A program made the position numbers and the translations under genes. Below, piece by piece: positions 21,480 through 30,110 of a stretch of 64,000 bases of DNA (the first letter of the stretch is position 1; each line of letters opens with the position of its first letter). The notes below the pieces were generated by a model. That model was not told the origin of the DNA, did not search any database, and was given only the letters and a program-made list of their open reading frames with translations. The DNA is from an uncultured Pseudomonadota bacterium (lineage in GTDB: Bacteria; Pseudomonadota; Gammaproteobacteria; Acidiferrobacterales; UBA6901). The stretch is from the NCBI GenBank assembly GCA_963698375.1, contig CAVOQN010000002.1, forward strand, positions 149,466 to 213,465, in the 5' to 3' direction.

Positions 21480-24155
21480 TCAGGACACCGCCGTTGCCGC
21501 GTGCAACCGTGCGCGATCGACACAGGCACAAAGCCAGGGATCGCCGACGCTCGCCAGCTCCGCAAGATCGGCATCGGTGACGCTGGTTGCTTGGTGACGG
21601 GTGGTATACAGCTCAGTTGGTTCTATTTCCTCCAGCACCTCGGCAAGCAACCCGGCCAGCCGGCGATTTTCAAGATGACGTATCGCCTCGCCGGCACTGG
21701 CGATATCGCGACGATCTCCGGAATGCAGTCCCGCGCGGATCAGGCCAACCACTCCCGGACCCTCGACACGCGAGATCGCAGTCAGCGCGAGATCGATCCC
21801 CAGTCGCGCGCGTTCGGTCAGCACGATCTGCAACAGTTCGTGCCCGACCGGATCCGCGCTCGCACCAACAGCCTGTTCAAGACAGCGACGGTTGCGCACA
21901 CTGTCACGCGCCTGCTGCACCTTGCACAGGGCAATCCGCTCGAGCAGTGTGCGTGGCGGATCGTGACGCAACAGTACATCCAGCACCGATACCTGCGCGC
22001 GCGGGGATCCCTGGCGTCCCTGCAACCAAGCGGTGAGCTCATCGACAACCGCAGCACCGCACGACATCAAGGCGCTGGCCGCGCGGTCGCGAATGACCGG
22101 GTCCAGATCCTCAATAGCGAGAAAACAAAACTGCCGGCGATCCGGCTGAGACAGTTGCCTGTAACAGGTTGCCGTGGCGCGACGCACGTCGAGATCCTCG
22201 TCCCGGCTGCTCCGAGTCAATATCGCGGTGAGTCCCGGGATCTCGTGGTTCGGCCAGCCGGCAATGGTTGTGAGCGCCTTGGCGCGCACACGCGCATCGG
22301 TATGCGAGGCCAGGTGCAGCAGATCTGCCTCGTGCTGCGGCGCAGGGTGGCGCGCAATCTGTTCTAGCGCAGCGATGAGCGCACCCGGAACCTCAGCCCG
22401 GAATAAAGACGCCAACGTGGCATCGGCGCGCGCCTGCAACCGAGCCAGTCCGTACTGCTGTACGCCGTAAATACCAAGCGCTGCCAGCCGCGGATTTTCC
22501 GAGCCCAGCAAGGTTTCGACGTCTGCCTGGGAACGCGGGTCGCGTGTTGTAAAAAACCGTTCGTATAGCGTGCCGCGCAGATGGTCGTCGGCGTGTTCCA
22601 GAACGCGCCGCTGACAGTCGTGAGCCCGTGCTGAATCAAGCCGTAGCACCAGCTTGAGCAATCGGTCCTGTGTGCGCAGGCTCGCCGTGGCCATCCTGGC
22701 CAGGATCAGTTCGATGGCGCTTGCCGGGTCCTGCTCAGCCAGCTTTGCTGCGCTCGCGATCGCCAACTCATCATCCTCATGCGCTACATAGTGATGTACC
22801 GCTCCCTGTGTCTCGAGAGTCGAGCGGTTTGACACACCACTTTCCTCATCAGGGACATACAGGCGATTCCGCAGCAGTTGCAGGATGCCTGCTGCATAGG
22901 CACGGTTGGCCCGCACGTTACAAAACAGGTACAGCGCCGCGGCGCCAAAACCGGCCAGGAGAAAGTACAGCGGACTCGACAGCGACTGTGTGAGCAACAA
23001 CACGCCCGCTGTCAGCGCCAGCGCCACCGGCATCACAAAACCGGAAGCGAACGCGCGCGCGCGTCCTTGCATGCTCCCGGGTAGCGCATTGAACAGCAGG
23101 TTACGTGCCGGGTTGCGAAACGCCTTCATGAGCGAATCTTTGTTCACGCTGCCAAACACAGCCGCTGGCAGCGAGTAGGACAGGAGTAACCACAGAATAC
23201 TGAGCAGCGTGCTGATCGGAAAAATGAGGTTCACGCCGCGCACTCCCAGGCGCTGCAAGAGCCGGTTGGTCAGTAGTAGCTGCAGGATGATCGCCATGCT
23301 GCCCGTAGCCACCGTCAGCCAGCCGAAGAAGGAGGTGAGTGCCTCTTCGGTGGTAAAAGTCTCGGCATAGATCCGACTCACACTGAAAGTCGTAATATAG
23401 AACGCGAAAACCGTAAAGAACAAAGCTGCCGAAGACCAGCGCAGCAGCGGCGAACGGCGCGCAAAGGCCAGTCCCTGCGCAATTTGTGTCACTGCCTGGG
23501 TGACGCCCCCCTGCCCCTTGCGACCGGGCCGGAAATGCGGCGACACCCCTTTCGACCTGTGTTGCAACTCCAACAGGCCGAGGGCAATCAGTGTCAACGC
23601 TCCCCAAAGCAACAACAACTGCGGCACACCCAGTGCACGCGTGCCAAGCACCAGCACCATGCCGCCGCTGATAATGCCGATCTGGGCACCGGCGAAGATG
23701 AGTGAGGTGAGGCGTTTGGCCTGCTGGGCGTCAAAGTTCTGCGCAAGGTAGACGCCGACATGCAACATCAATAAATCCGAAGCCACCTCATAGAGCAGAT
23801 AATACAGTGGATAGGCGATGGTGGCCTCGAGGACAGCGATGGCTATCCAGTGGACTACCAGTAGCGCCGTCAGCGCACCCAGCATGATACGGAGAAGGCG
23901 CTCCGCCGGCAGTCGATCGACGAATGCCGCATAGGCCGTTGTGGTCACGGCCAGCGACGCGGCGTGAATCAAATAAATGACCGGCAGGTACTCGATGCCG
24001 TAGCGTTTGAAGAACAGCGCATCTGATGTGCCGCGACCCAGCGCGAGCCCCATCCCCAGAATGAGGCAAAGTGCGAAAAAATAGACGGCACGCGGCAACT
24101 CGGCCTCGTGCACGAGGAAAAACCGGCCGACTCGTTTCGCAAGGGTGTTGTTCAT
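21480..24155 (-). CDS. Npt1/TLC-like MFS-type transporter fused to a long C-terminal HEAT/armadillo-like repeat domain
   Basis: Intact 917-aa ORF 21480..24233. The start is taken at Met 24155 to avoid overlap with gshA. The N-terminal 430 or so aa are polytopic and hydrophobic, with a TLC-like start (EAELPRAVYFFALCLILGMGLALGRGTSDALFFKRYGIEYLPVIY). The C-terminal 450 or so aa are alpha-helical repeats rich in L/A/R (...DARVRAKALTTIAGW..., ...DLDVRRATATCY..., ...DPVIRDRAASALMS...). Confidence 0.65.
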   Translation of the reverse strand: MNNTLAKRVGRFFLVHEAELPRAVYFFALCLILGMGLALGRGTSDALFFKRYGIEYLPVIYLIHAASLAVTTTAYAAFVDRLPAERLLRIMLGALTALLVVHWIAIAVLEATIAYPLYYLLYEVASDLLMLHVGVYLAQNFDAQQAKRLTSLIFAGAQIGIISGGMVLVLGTRALGVPQLLLLWGALTLIALGLLELQHRSKGVSPHFRPGRKGQGGVTQAVTQIAQGLAFARRSPLLRWSSAALFFTVFAFYITTFSVSRIYAETFTTEEALTSFFGWLTVATGSMAIILQLLLTNRLLQRLGVRGVNLIFPISTLLSILWLLLSYSLPAAVFGSVNKDSLMKAFRNPARNLLFNALPGSMQGRARAFASGFVMPVALALTAGVLLLTQSLSSPLYFLLAGFGAAALYLFCNVRANRAYAAGILQLLRNRLYVPDEESGVSNRSTLETQGAVHHYVAHEDDELAIASAAKLAEQDPASAIELILARMATASLRTQDRLLKLVLRLDSARAHDCQRRVLEHADDHLRGTLYERFFTTRDPRSQADVETLLGSENPRLAALGIYGVQQYGLARLQARADATLASLFRAEVPGALIAALEQIARHPAPQHEADLLHLASHTDARVRAKALTTIAGWPNHEIPGLTAILTRSSRDEDLDVRRATATCYRQLSQPDRRQFCFLAIEDLDPVIRDRAASALMSCGAAVVDELTAWLQGRQGSPRAQVSVLDVLLRHDPPRTLLERIALCKVQQARDSVRNRRCLEQAVGASADPVGHELLQIVLTERARLGIDLALTAISRVEGPGVVGLIRAGLHSGDRRDIASAGEAIRHLENRRLAGLLAEVLEEIEPTELYTTRHQATSVTDADLAELASVGDPWLCACVDRARLHAATAVS

Positions 24156-24201
24156 CGTCCTGTCGCCGTGCCGGCGCATCGGTGATTCGTGTGCATGTGT
24201 A

Positions 24202-25620
24202 TTATTCTGACTTCTGCTGCTCGAAGAATTCAATCTCCCGCCACATCGGCTCTATCGAGCCGCCCCAGCTCGTGTTATAGCACTGCAGCAGCCGTTCGCC
24301 GAAAGTTACACCCTCATCGATCAGCTCGTGCAACGGCTTCAGGTAACGCCGCTCATCCTCGCCGTCGTCATTGCGGCAATCCTGACGCGCAAGTCCAGCG
24401 TCGGCAATCTCGATCAACTCACGCGCCAGTTCAAGAACCGGCCTGCCTCGATAATGTGCTGCGAAACCGTTGTGGGCCACCGCACGCAGTAATGCCGCAA
24501 GCTCGGCCGAAGTTGGCGACTCCATGAGTGCCATCGCCGCATCGCGCGCCACATGGTCGTACAGCACACCCTTCCAGAGGGCCGGCAATGCACACATGCG
24601 GCTCCACGGACCACAATCCGCGCCGCGCACTTCAAGATAACCTTTGAGTCGAACTTCGGTGTAGACGGTCGTCAAATGGTCGGTAAAATCGCGCAGTGTG
24701 GCTCGGAACTTGCCGAGACCCTGACGCAGAAACTGCCGGAATGTGGCCCCAGCCGCATGGTGGTACATGCCATCACGTCGCACAAACAGCATTGGCACGT
24801 CGAGCACATGCTCGACCCAGCGCTCATACCCGAAGCCGTCCTCGAACACCACTGTCGGGTAACCACAGCGCGCCGGATCGGTGTCGAACCAGGTCAGCAG
24901 CCGCTCGCTGGCGACGCCTGACGGCGCGCCCTCCTTAAAGGCACCATTGGCGAAGAGCGCGGAAACCAGCGGCGACACCGCAAGCGCCGCGCGGAATGAG
25001 GCCACCATATCGGCCTCGTCGGCATAATCGAGATTCGCCTGTATGGTGCAAGTGCGTTTCATCATGTCGAGGCCGCGCTGCCCGGTACGCTTCAAGTGCT
25101 GTTCGAGCAGCTTGTAGCGGGCGCGCGGGACCACGGGCATGTCCGCCCAGCGTGCCGTAGGGTGATAGCCCATGCCGATAAAGCCGACGCCGAGCGGAAT
25201 ACAGACCCGCCGCAACATTTCGAGATGGTGATCGACCTCACGCCGGGTCTCGTGGATGGTGCGAACTGGAGCACCGGACAACTCGATCTGGCCGCCGGGC
25301 TCAAGCGTGATCGCCGAACCGTCCTTGCAATACAAACCGACAGTCCGCCCGTTCTCACTCAATGGCGACCAGTCCGGTTCACCGGGTCTCGTGGCCGAGA
25401 CGATGGCGTTGAGTATCGCCTCAATGCCGTGTGGGCCTTCATAAGGCAAGGGCGCATGCGTAGCACGCTGGATACCGAACTTCTCGTGTTCAGTACCGAC
25501 GCGAAACTCGGATCTCTGCTTGGCACATTGGGAAAAATAACTGACAAGCGCATTGACACTGGCCAGGGGTTCGCCGGGATCATCATGCTGTCCTGCACCT
25601 GGCTCAAGCGGCAGACTCAT
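24202..25620 (-). CDS. gshA: glutamate--cysteine ligase, plant/proteobacterial type (GCS2-type GshA)
   Basis: Intact 472-aa ORF with FRVGTEHEKFGI...PLPYEGPHGIEAIL...GGQIELSGAP...ANLDY...YLEVRGAD, as in plant-type gamma-glutamylcysteine synthetase. An AAGGAG precedes the ATG. Confidence 0.8.
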   Translation of the reverse strand: MSLPLEPGAGQHDDPGEPLASVNALVSYFSQCAKQRSEFRVGTEHEKFGIQRATHAPLPYEGPHGIEAILNAIVSATRPGEPDWSPLSENGRTVGLYCKDGSAITLEPGGQIELSGAPVRTIHETRREVDHHLEMLRRVCIPLGVGFIGMGYHPTARWADMPVVPRARYKLLEQHLKRTGQRGLDMMKRTCTIQANLDYADEADMVASFRAALAVSPLVSALFANGAFKEGAPSGVASERLLTWFDTDPARCGYPTVVFEDGFGYERWVEHVLDVPMLFVRRDGMYHHAAGATFRQFLRQGLGKFRATLRDFTDHLTTVYTEVRLKGYLEVRGADCGPWSRMCALPALWKGVLYDHVARDAAMALMESPTSAELAALLRAVAHNGFAAHYRGRPVLELARELIEIADAGLARQDCRNDDGEDERRYLKPLHELIDEGVTFGERLLQCYNTSWGGSIEPMWREIEFFEQQKSE

Positions 25621-26120
25621 ACGAATGCTCCTTTTCGGTCGCCGCGTTCAGATATCTTCAGATGCCCGTGAAATCGGTAACGAAGTATGGCACAACAGCT
25701 GCGATACATCGCGTGGCAAAGAAACGGCCTGAACCTCACCCACGGCTGTGTTGGTCACAGCCACCGGGGAGTTATCCATTAACACCAGTAACCGAACATT
25801 TCCCGACTAGCATACTGTGAAACAGTGATTAGAATTCGTCTACACCCCATTCTCGGATATACCCGGATCTAGCGATGACGTCGAGAACAAGCGTGCAAGA
25901 CAAAAGCTGAGAACCCGATTACAGATCAGTAAACTTTATACTCGCAACCAACCTGGTAAAGCGGTGTCAGTGCCAAATAATGATCACGAGGCAGGTGGTT
26001 CGCGTACGTTTGGGGGCTAACTTTACGTTGTCCGCGTTTCCGACAATTGCAATCAATGATCTTGGTTATTCAACCCACGCTTTGGGTTCGGTTATCAAGA
26101 TGATTAGGGAGGTATTCCGG

Positions 26121-27451
26121 TCAGGACACAGCGGCATGCTCCACACTGCTTTTCCATAGCGGCGCCACCACAACGCGCAGACACGCATGTGCCGCGCGCA
26201 GTGCTGCCTCGGCCTCGGCTGGTGATGGCGCGCGCGCAAATATAAAACCAAGATAGCTCGATCCTTCCGGCAACGGTACGAGTTCATAACCCTCGCGCAC
26301 GTCGATTACGACTTCCTCGATGTACTGGACACGTTGCGCAGCCAGTACGCCTTCCACGCGCCGCAGGATGCCGGCCCGTGGAATTGGGATCATCAATACA
26401 CCTGCCCCGCCGGTCTCGCGCCGTGTGTCTGGATTCTGCTTCAGGGTATGCATCAGCACCAGTTCTTCGAGTCCGTAACCGGTGCCAAAGCGCAACAAGC
26501 GGCCACACAAGCCGCCAATGGTGCGCGCCGCAACTTCCAGAATCCAGACACCTTCGGCGTTGATGCGGCATTCCGCATGGATAGGCCCTTCGCGCAAGCC
26601 ATAGGCCGCACAGGCCTCGGCAACCCGCGCTGCGACCCGCGCCTGGATGTCCGGCGTGTGCCGCGAGGGCGTGGTGTAGTAGGTCTCCTCGAAATACGGC
26701 CCATCGAGCGCGTCTGGTTTGTCGAAGATAGCGAGAATTTCCAGGTTCCCATCACTTAGCAGTCCTTCCACGGCAACTTCGGAACCGTCGATGAACTCTT
26801 CGATCAGCAACGTCTCGCGTTCTTCACGTTCAGGAACATCGGCAAGCATACCGGCAACTCGCGCGATTGCTTTTTCGAGTTGCGCGTAATCCTCGACACG
26901 AATCACGCCACGGCTCGCGGACAAGGCAACCGGCTTGACGACACAAGGGTAGCGTATATCCGCGAGCTGCGGTGCGAGTGGACCTGTCAGGTCAATTTTC
27001 CAGTGGCGGGGCACCGAGATACCCGGCACACGCCAAGTGGCTCGCGTGCCAGATCTTTGCGACGTGCGAGACGTACTGAGAGGAGTGAATTGTGAGGAAG
27101 TTGCAGAACCATGCTGGCGTGCACGGCAAGCTCGCTGCTGACGTCGTCCGTGCCAATAACACCCTGAAACGGCTGCGCACGCACTGCGGAGAGCAACGTC
27201 TGCAGGGAGCCCGGCACATCCTGCAGATTCACCTGCACGCCGGGGACTTCCAGACCAGAGAGGGTATGCGTGCCCTCGGAAGCAATCAGAAGATCAATGC
27301 CTTGCTCACGCGCCGCTGCGATATACGGTGCCGTGCGATAACTGTCGCGCGGCGCGACCAGCAGGATACGTGGTTTAGCGACCGCAGCCCCCGCCGCCGC
27401 ATCCACCGCTGCCGCATCCACCGCCACCCGTTCTCGGAGCCTGATAGGCAT
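26121..27451 (-). pseudogene. ATP-grasp domain ligase (L-amino-acid-ligase/carboxylate-amine-ligase-like); one frameshift near 27030
   Basis: The N-terminal pre-ATP-grasp part PRILLVAPRDSYRTAPYIAAAREQGIDLLIASEG...GVIGTDD is in ORF 26987..27541. The ATP-grasp core YPCVVKPVALSASRGVIRVED...LLIEEFIDGSEVAVEGL...IHAECRINAEGVWILEVAARTIGG is in ORF 26121..27029. The start is ambiguous (ATG 27451, or GTG 27421 or 27406). All candidate starts overlap the 3' end of the upstream IscA-like gene. Confidence 0.7.
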
Positions 27452-27773
27452 TCCGGAAAACAAATGCCGGATTGGGACCATCGACAGTGAAATCGATTTC
27501 GGCGCCATGCAGGAAATTGAGAGCCACTGCATCCACCACAACCTTCAGTTCCGGCGTCTCGATGACATGGTCATAGTCGGTTGATTGGTCGGCATAGGTC
27601 ATGCCATAAGCCATGCCGCCGCAACCGCCGCCGGAAACAAACACGCGAATGGCAGATGCTTCATCACCGGCTTCAGCCAGCAGTTCGGCCAGCTTGGTAC
27701 GGGCAGTGGCGGTGATCTGTAGCATGGACTTAGCACTCACATCCATGTTTTCGGCCTGGGCTTGGACTGTCAT
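27375..27773 (-). CDS. HesB/IscA/ErpA-family iron-sulfur cluster carrier with an atypical Gly/Cys-rich C-terminal tail
   Basis: IRVFVSGGGCGGMAYGMTY carries the first conserved Cys, and the overall IscA fold signature is present. The usual C-terminal NPNA..CGCGxSF is replaced by FRNAYQAPRTGGGGCGSGGCGGGGCGR. Confidence 0.75.
   Translation of the reverse strand: MTVQAQAENMDVSAKSMLQITATARTKLAELLAEAGDEASAIRVFVSGGGCGGMAYGMTYADQSTDYDHVIETPELKVVVDAVALNFLHGAEIDFTVDGPNPAFVFRNAYQAPRTGGGGCGSGGCGGGGCGR
27396..27425. repeat. tandem 2 x 15-bp direct repeat inside the IscA-like tail
   Basis: + strand: gccgcatccaccgct gccgcatccaccgcc, 14/15 identical. It encodes the GGCGS/GGCGG units. Confidence 0.8.
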
Positions 27774-27910
27774 GTGGCGACTCCGAATGGGTTAACTGTT
27801 GTGAGTATTGTAGCAATCTGCGCCCATGTGCGCCAACAGGACTCCAGAACAGACTCTTTGTATTCAGTGCCTATCCGGTACAATGCGCGGATAGACCACA
27901 GGATGCCCCT

Positions 27911-28195
27911 ATGTCACGTACTGTCTTTTGCCATGTTCTGCAACGCGAGGCCGAAGGTCTCGACTACCCGCCCCATCCGGGCCAGCTCGGACAGCGTATC
28001 TACGAAAATATCTCGCGCGAAGCCTGGCAGCGCTGGTTAACGCATCTCACGGTTCTGATCAATGACCACGGTTTGAGTACCGCCGATCCGGCGAGCATTG
28101 CTGTCATTGAACAGCATATGGTCGGTTTTTTGTTCAGCGAGGGCGATTACGGCAATTTGCCGGCCGGCTACAGCCCGCCGAGGCGCAAGAAATAG
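27911..28195 (+). CDS. yggX: Fe(2+)-trafficking / oxidative-damage protection protein YggX
   Basis: MSRTVFCHVLQREAEGLDYPPHPGQLGQRIYENISREAWQRWLTHLTVLINDHGL is a typical YggX sequence, 94 aa. Confidence 0.9.
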   Translation: MSRTVFCHVLQREAEGLDYPPHPGQLGQRIYENISREAWQRWLTHLTVLINDHGLSTADPASIAVIEQHMVGFLFSEGDYGNLPAGYSPPRRKK

Positions 28196-28244
28196 GCTAA
28201 GCCGAACACTGCTTTGCGCTCACCCTATCTCCTGGATTTCTGGT

Positions 28245-28625
28245 CTATCCGGTCGCAAGCGTTACAAACGCGACCGCATGGTCTTCCTCGTCCGCCAGGC
28301 TCACGTGCACACCGATTATCCGATTGGCCTGTATGAAGTCGGCTGCCTGGTCAGTAAATGCAAGCTGCGGTTTGCCGGCGGCGTCGTGCGTGACGCCAAT
28401 GTGGTGCAGCATGAGACCGTCACGAAAGCCGGTGCCCATGGCCTTGGCGGCGGCCTCCTTGGCGGCGAAACGCTTGGCAAGAAAATGTGCCTGGCGTGAT
28501 TCCTTCCGGAACTCGGAAAGCTCGGCGGGCGTGAGAATTCGTTCCGCGAATTTTTCCCCGTAGCGTTCGATATTCTTCTGCATGCGCGCCACGCGCACGA
28601 TGTCCGTGCCAATGCCGAAGATCAC
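28245..28625 (-). CDS. acpS: holo-[acyl-carrier-protein] synthase
   Basis: (M)IFGIGTDIVRVARM...FAAKEAAAKAMGTG. The GTG start overlaps the pdxJ TGA (GTGA). Confidence 0.9.
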   Translation of the reverse strand: MIFGIGTDIVRVARMQKNIERYGEKFAERILTPAELSEFRKESRQAHFLAKRFAAKEAAAKAMGTGFRDGLMLHHIGVTHDAAGKPQLAFTDQAADFIQANRIIGVHVSLADEEDHAVAFVTLATG

Positions 28626-29351
28626 CGCGCGCGCGCCTCACGCATCAACCGCTTCATTTCACGCACTGCCTCCTGCAAACCGCTGAACACGTGCACGCGC
28701 CACAATTGCGTGTCCGATATTGAGCTCGGCGATGCCATGAATAGCTGCAATCGCCTGTACATTGTGATAGTTGAGGCCGTGCCCGGCATTCACCTGCAGC
28801 CCCAAATCCAGACCCTGCTGCACGCCAAGCTCAATACGTGCCAGTTCCTCACCGCGCTCATCGGCACTCGCAGCATCCGCATAACGTCCGGTATGTATTT
28901 CAATCACCGGTGCGCCACAACGCAGGGCGGCGTCGATCTGTTCGGGTTCGGCGTCTACGAACAGCGAAACGCGCACTCCTGCTTCCGCCAATTGTTCGCA
29001 AGCGGCGCTGATTTTCTTCTCGTGCGTGACCACGTCCAGGCCGCCCTCGGTGGTGAGCTCCTGGCGACGCTCCGGTACCAGACAGCATTCCGCCGGTCGC
29101 AGGTGAACCGCATACGCCAGCATTTCTTCGGTCACAGCCATTTCCAGATTCATGCGCGTTTGCAATATCGAACTCAAATGCTCGACATCGCGTTCCTGAA
29201 TGTGGCGGCGATCTTCACGCAGGTGCAAAGTGATGGCATCCGCGCCAGCCTGCTCGGCCTCGATGGCTGCCTGCACCGGGTCCGGAAAGCGCGTACCACG
29301 CGCCTGACGCAAGGTCGCCACATGGTCGATGTTCACGCCCAGCTTGATCAC
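28622..29351 (-). pseudogene. pdxJ: pyridoxine 5'-phosphate synthase; one single-base insertion near 28690
   Basis: GTG 29351 is preceded by AAGGAG. The sequence reads [19 protein letters not shown]...[12 protein letters not shown]...EIHTG...[11 protein letters not shown]...[12 protein letters not shown]. Removing one C restores [22 protein letters not shown] and the TGA at 28622. Confidence 0.9.
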
Positions 29352-29392
29352 GTCTTGCTCCTTTCTGTCATCTGTCGTGGTCTGCGGGTATT

Positions 29393-30110
29393 CTAGCGCG
29401 TTCCGCGCAGATCGCGGGCGAAACAGTCCACGGCTGGTCAACGGCCGATCACCCAGGTGGCGCGCCAGCAAGGCGCGCATCAAATGCTTCACATCACGCC
29501 GTATTGCCTCATCGACAAGTTTCTCACCCGCCAGTGCCAACAGGCTGGCGCCGTGCACGGCAACGCCTTCGCCATCCGCTGCATGTGCTGGCACTGGACC
29601 GCGTTCTGGAATGTAGCGATAGAGATGTTCAGGTTTTATCGGCGCGCCGTCATGGACATCGTGATCGAGCACCAGACCAAAACCGATGTCTTCAAGCAGG
29701 CGTTTCTCGAACACACGCAATGCTGCCTCCGTATCACGACCCTCCCCTAGCCGGCCGAGCGCATCGCTGTAGCTCTCGAACAGGCGCTCATGCGGGTCGT
29801 GCCGATGCAATAAACGCAGCAGCAGCTCATTGAGATAGAGCCCGCAGAAAAGCGACTCACCAGCAATGGCTGGCGCCGGTCCGGCGGTTTCCGCGCCGGT
29901 CAATGTCGGGAGTTCGCCGCGTCCGCTGAACCCCATCACCAGCGGCTGAAAGGGGATGAGCGCGGCGCGCAGTGGTGAACGCGCACGGCGCGCGCCTTTG
30001 GCAATGAGCCCAAGGCGTCCGTGCCGGCGGGTAAACATTTCCAGCAGGAGACTGGTTTCACCGTAATCGTGATGATGCAGGACATAGGCCGGCTCCTGAT
30101 TGACGCGCAT
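29393..30110 (-). pseudogene. recO: DNA repair protein RecO; probable indel close to the 3' end
   Basis: [42 protein letters not shown]...LTSRGLF. As assembled, the frame runs on into pdxJ. A 1-nt shift after LTSRGLF gives ...ARDLRGTR and a TAG at 29393. Confidence 0.8.

Noticed and set aside
19906-25770. A genomic island integrated at tRNA-Asn, with a possible attR at about 25759-25766.
   Set aside because: Only an 8-nt match (CCGGGGAG) to the tRNA 3' end was found, with no similarity in the flanking bases. No integrase or other mobility gene is present. gshA within the segment is a core-type gene.
28659-30110. An apparent RecO-PdxJ fusion protein (483-aa continuous ORF).
   Set aside because: pdxJ has its own AAGGAG plus GTG start at 29351. 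A 1-nt shift right after the conserved RecO LTSRGLF motif gives a normal RecO end and a TAG at 29393. The same block contains a proven 1-nt insertion at the pdxJ 3' end. The fusion is therefore most likely an indel artefact.
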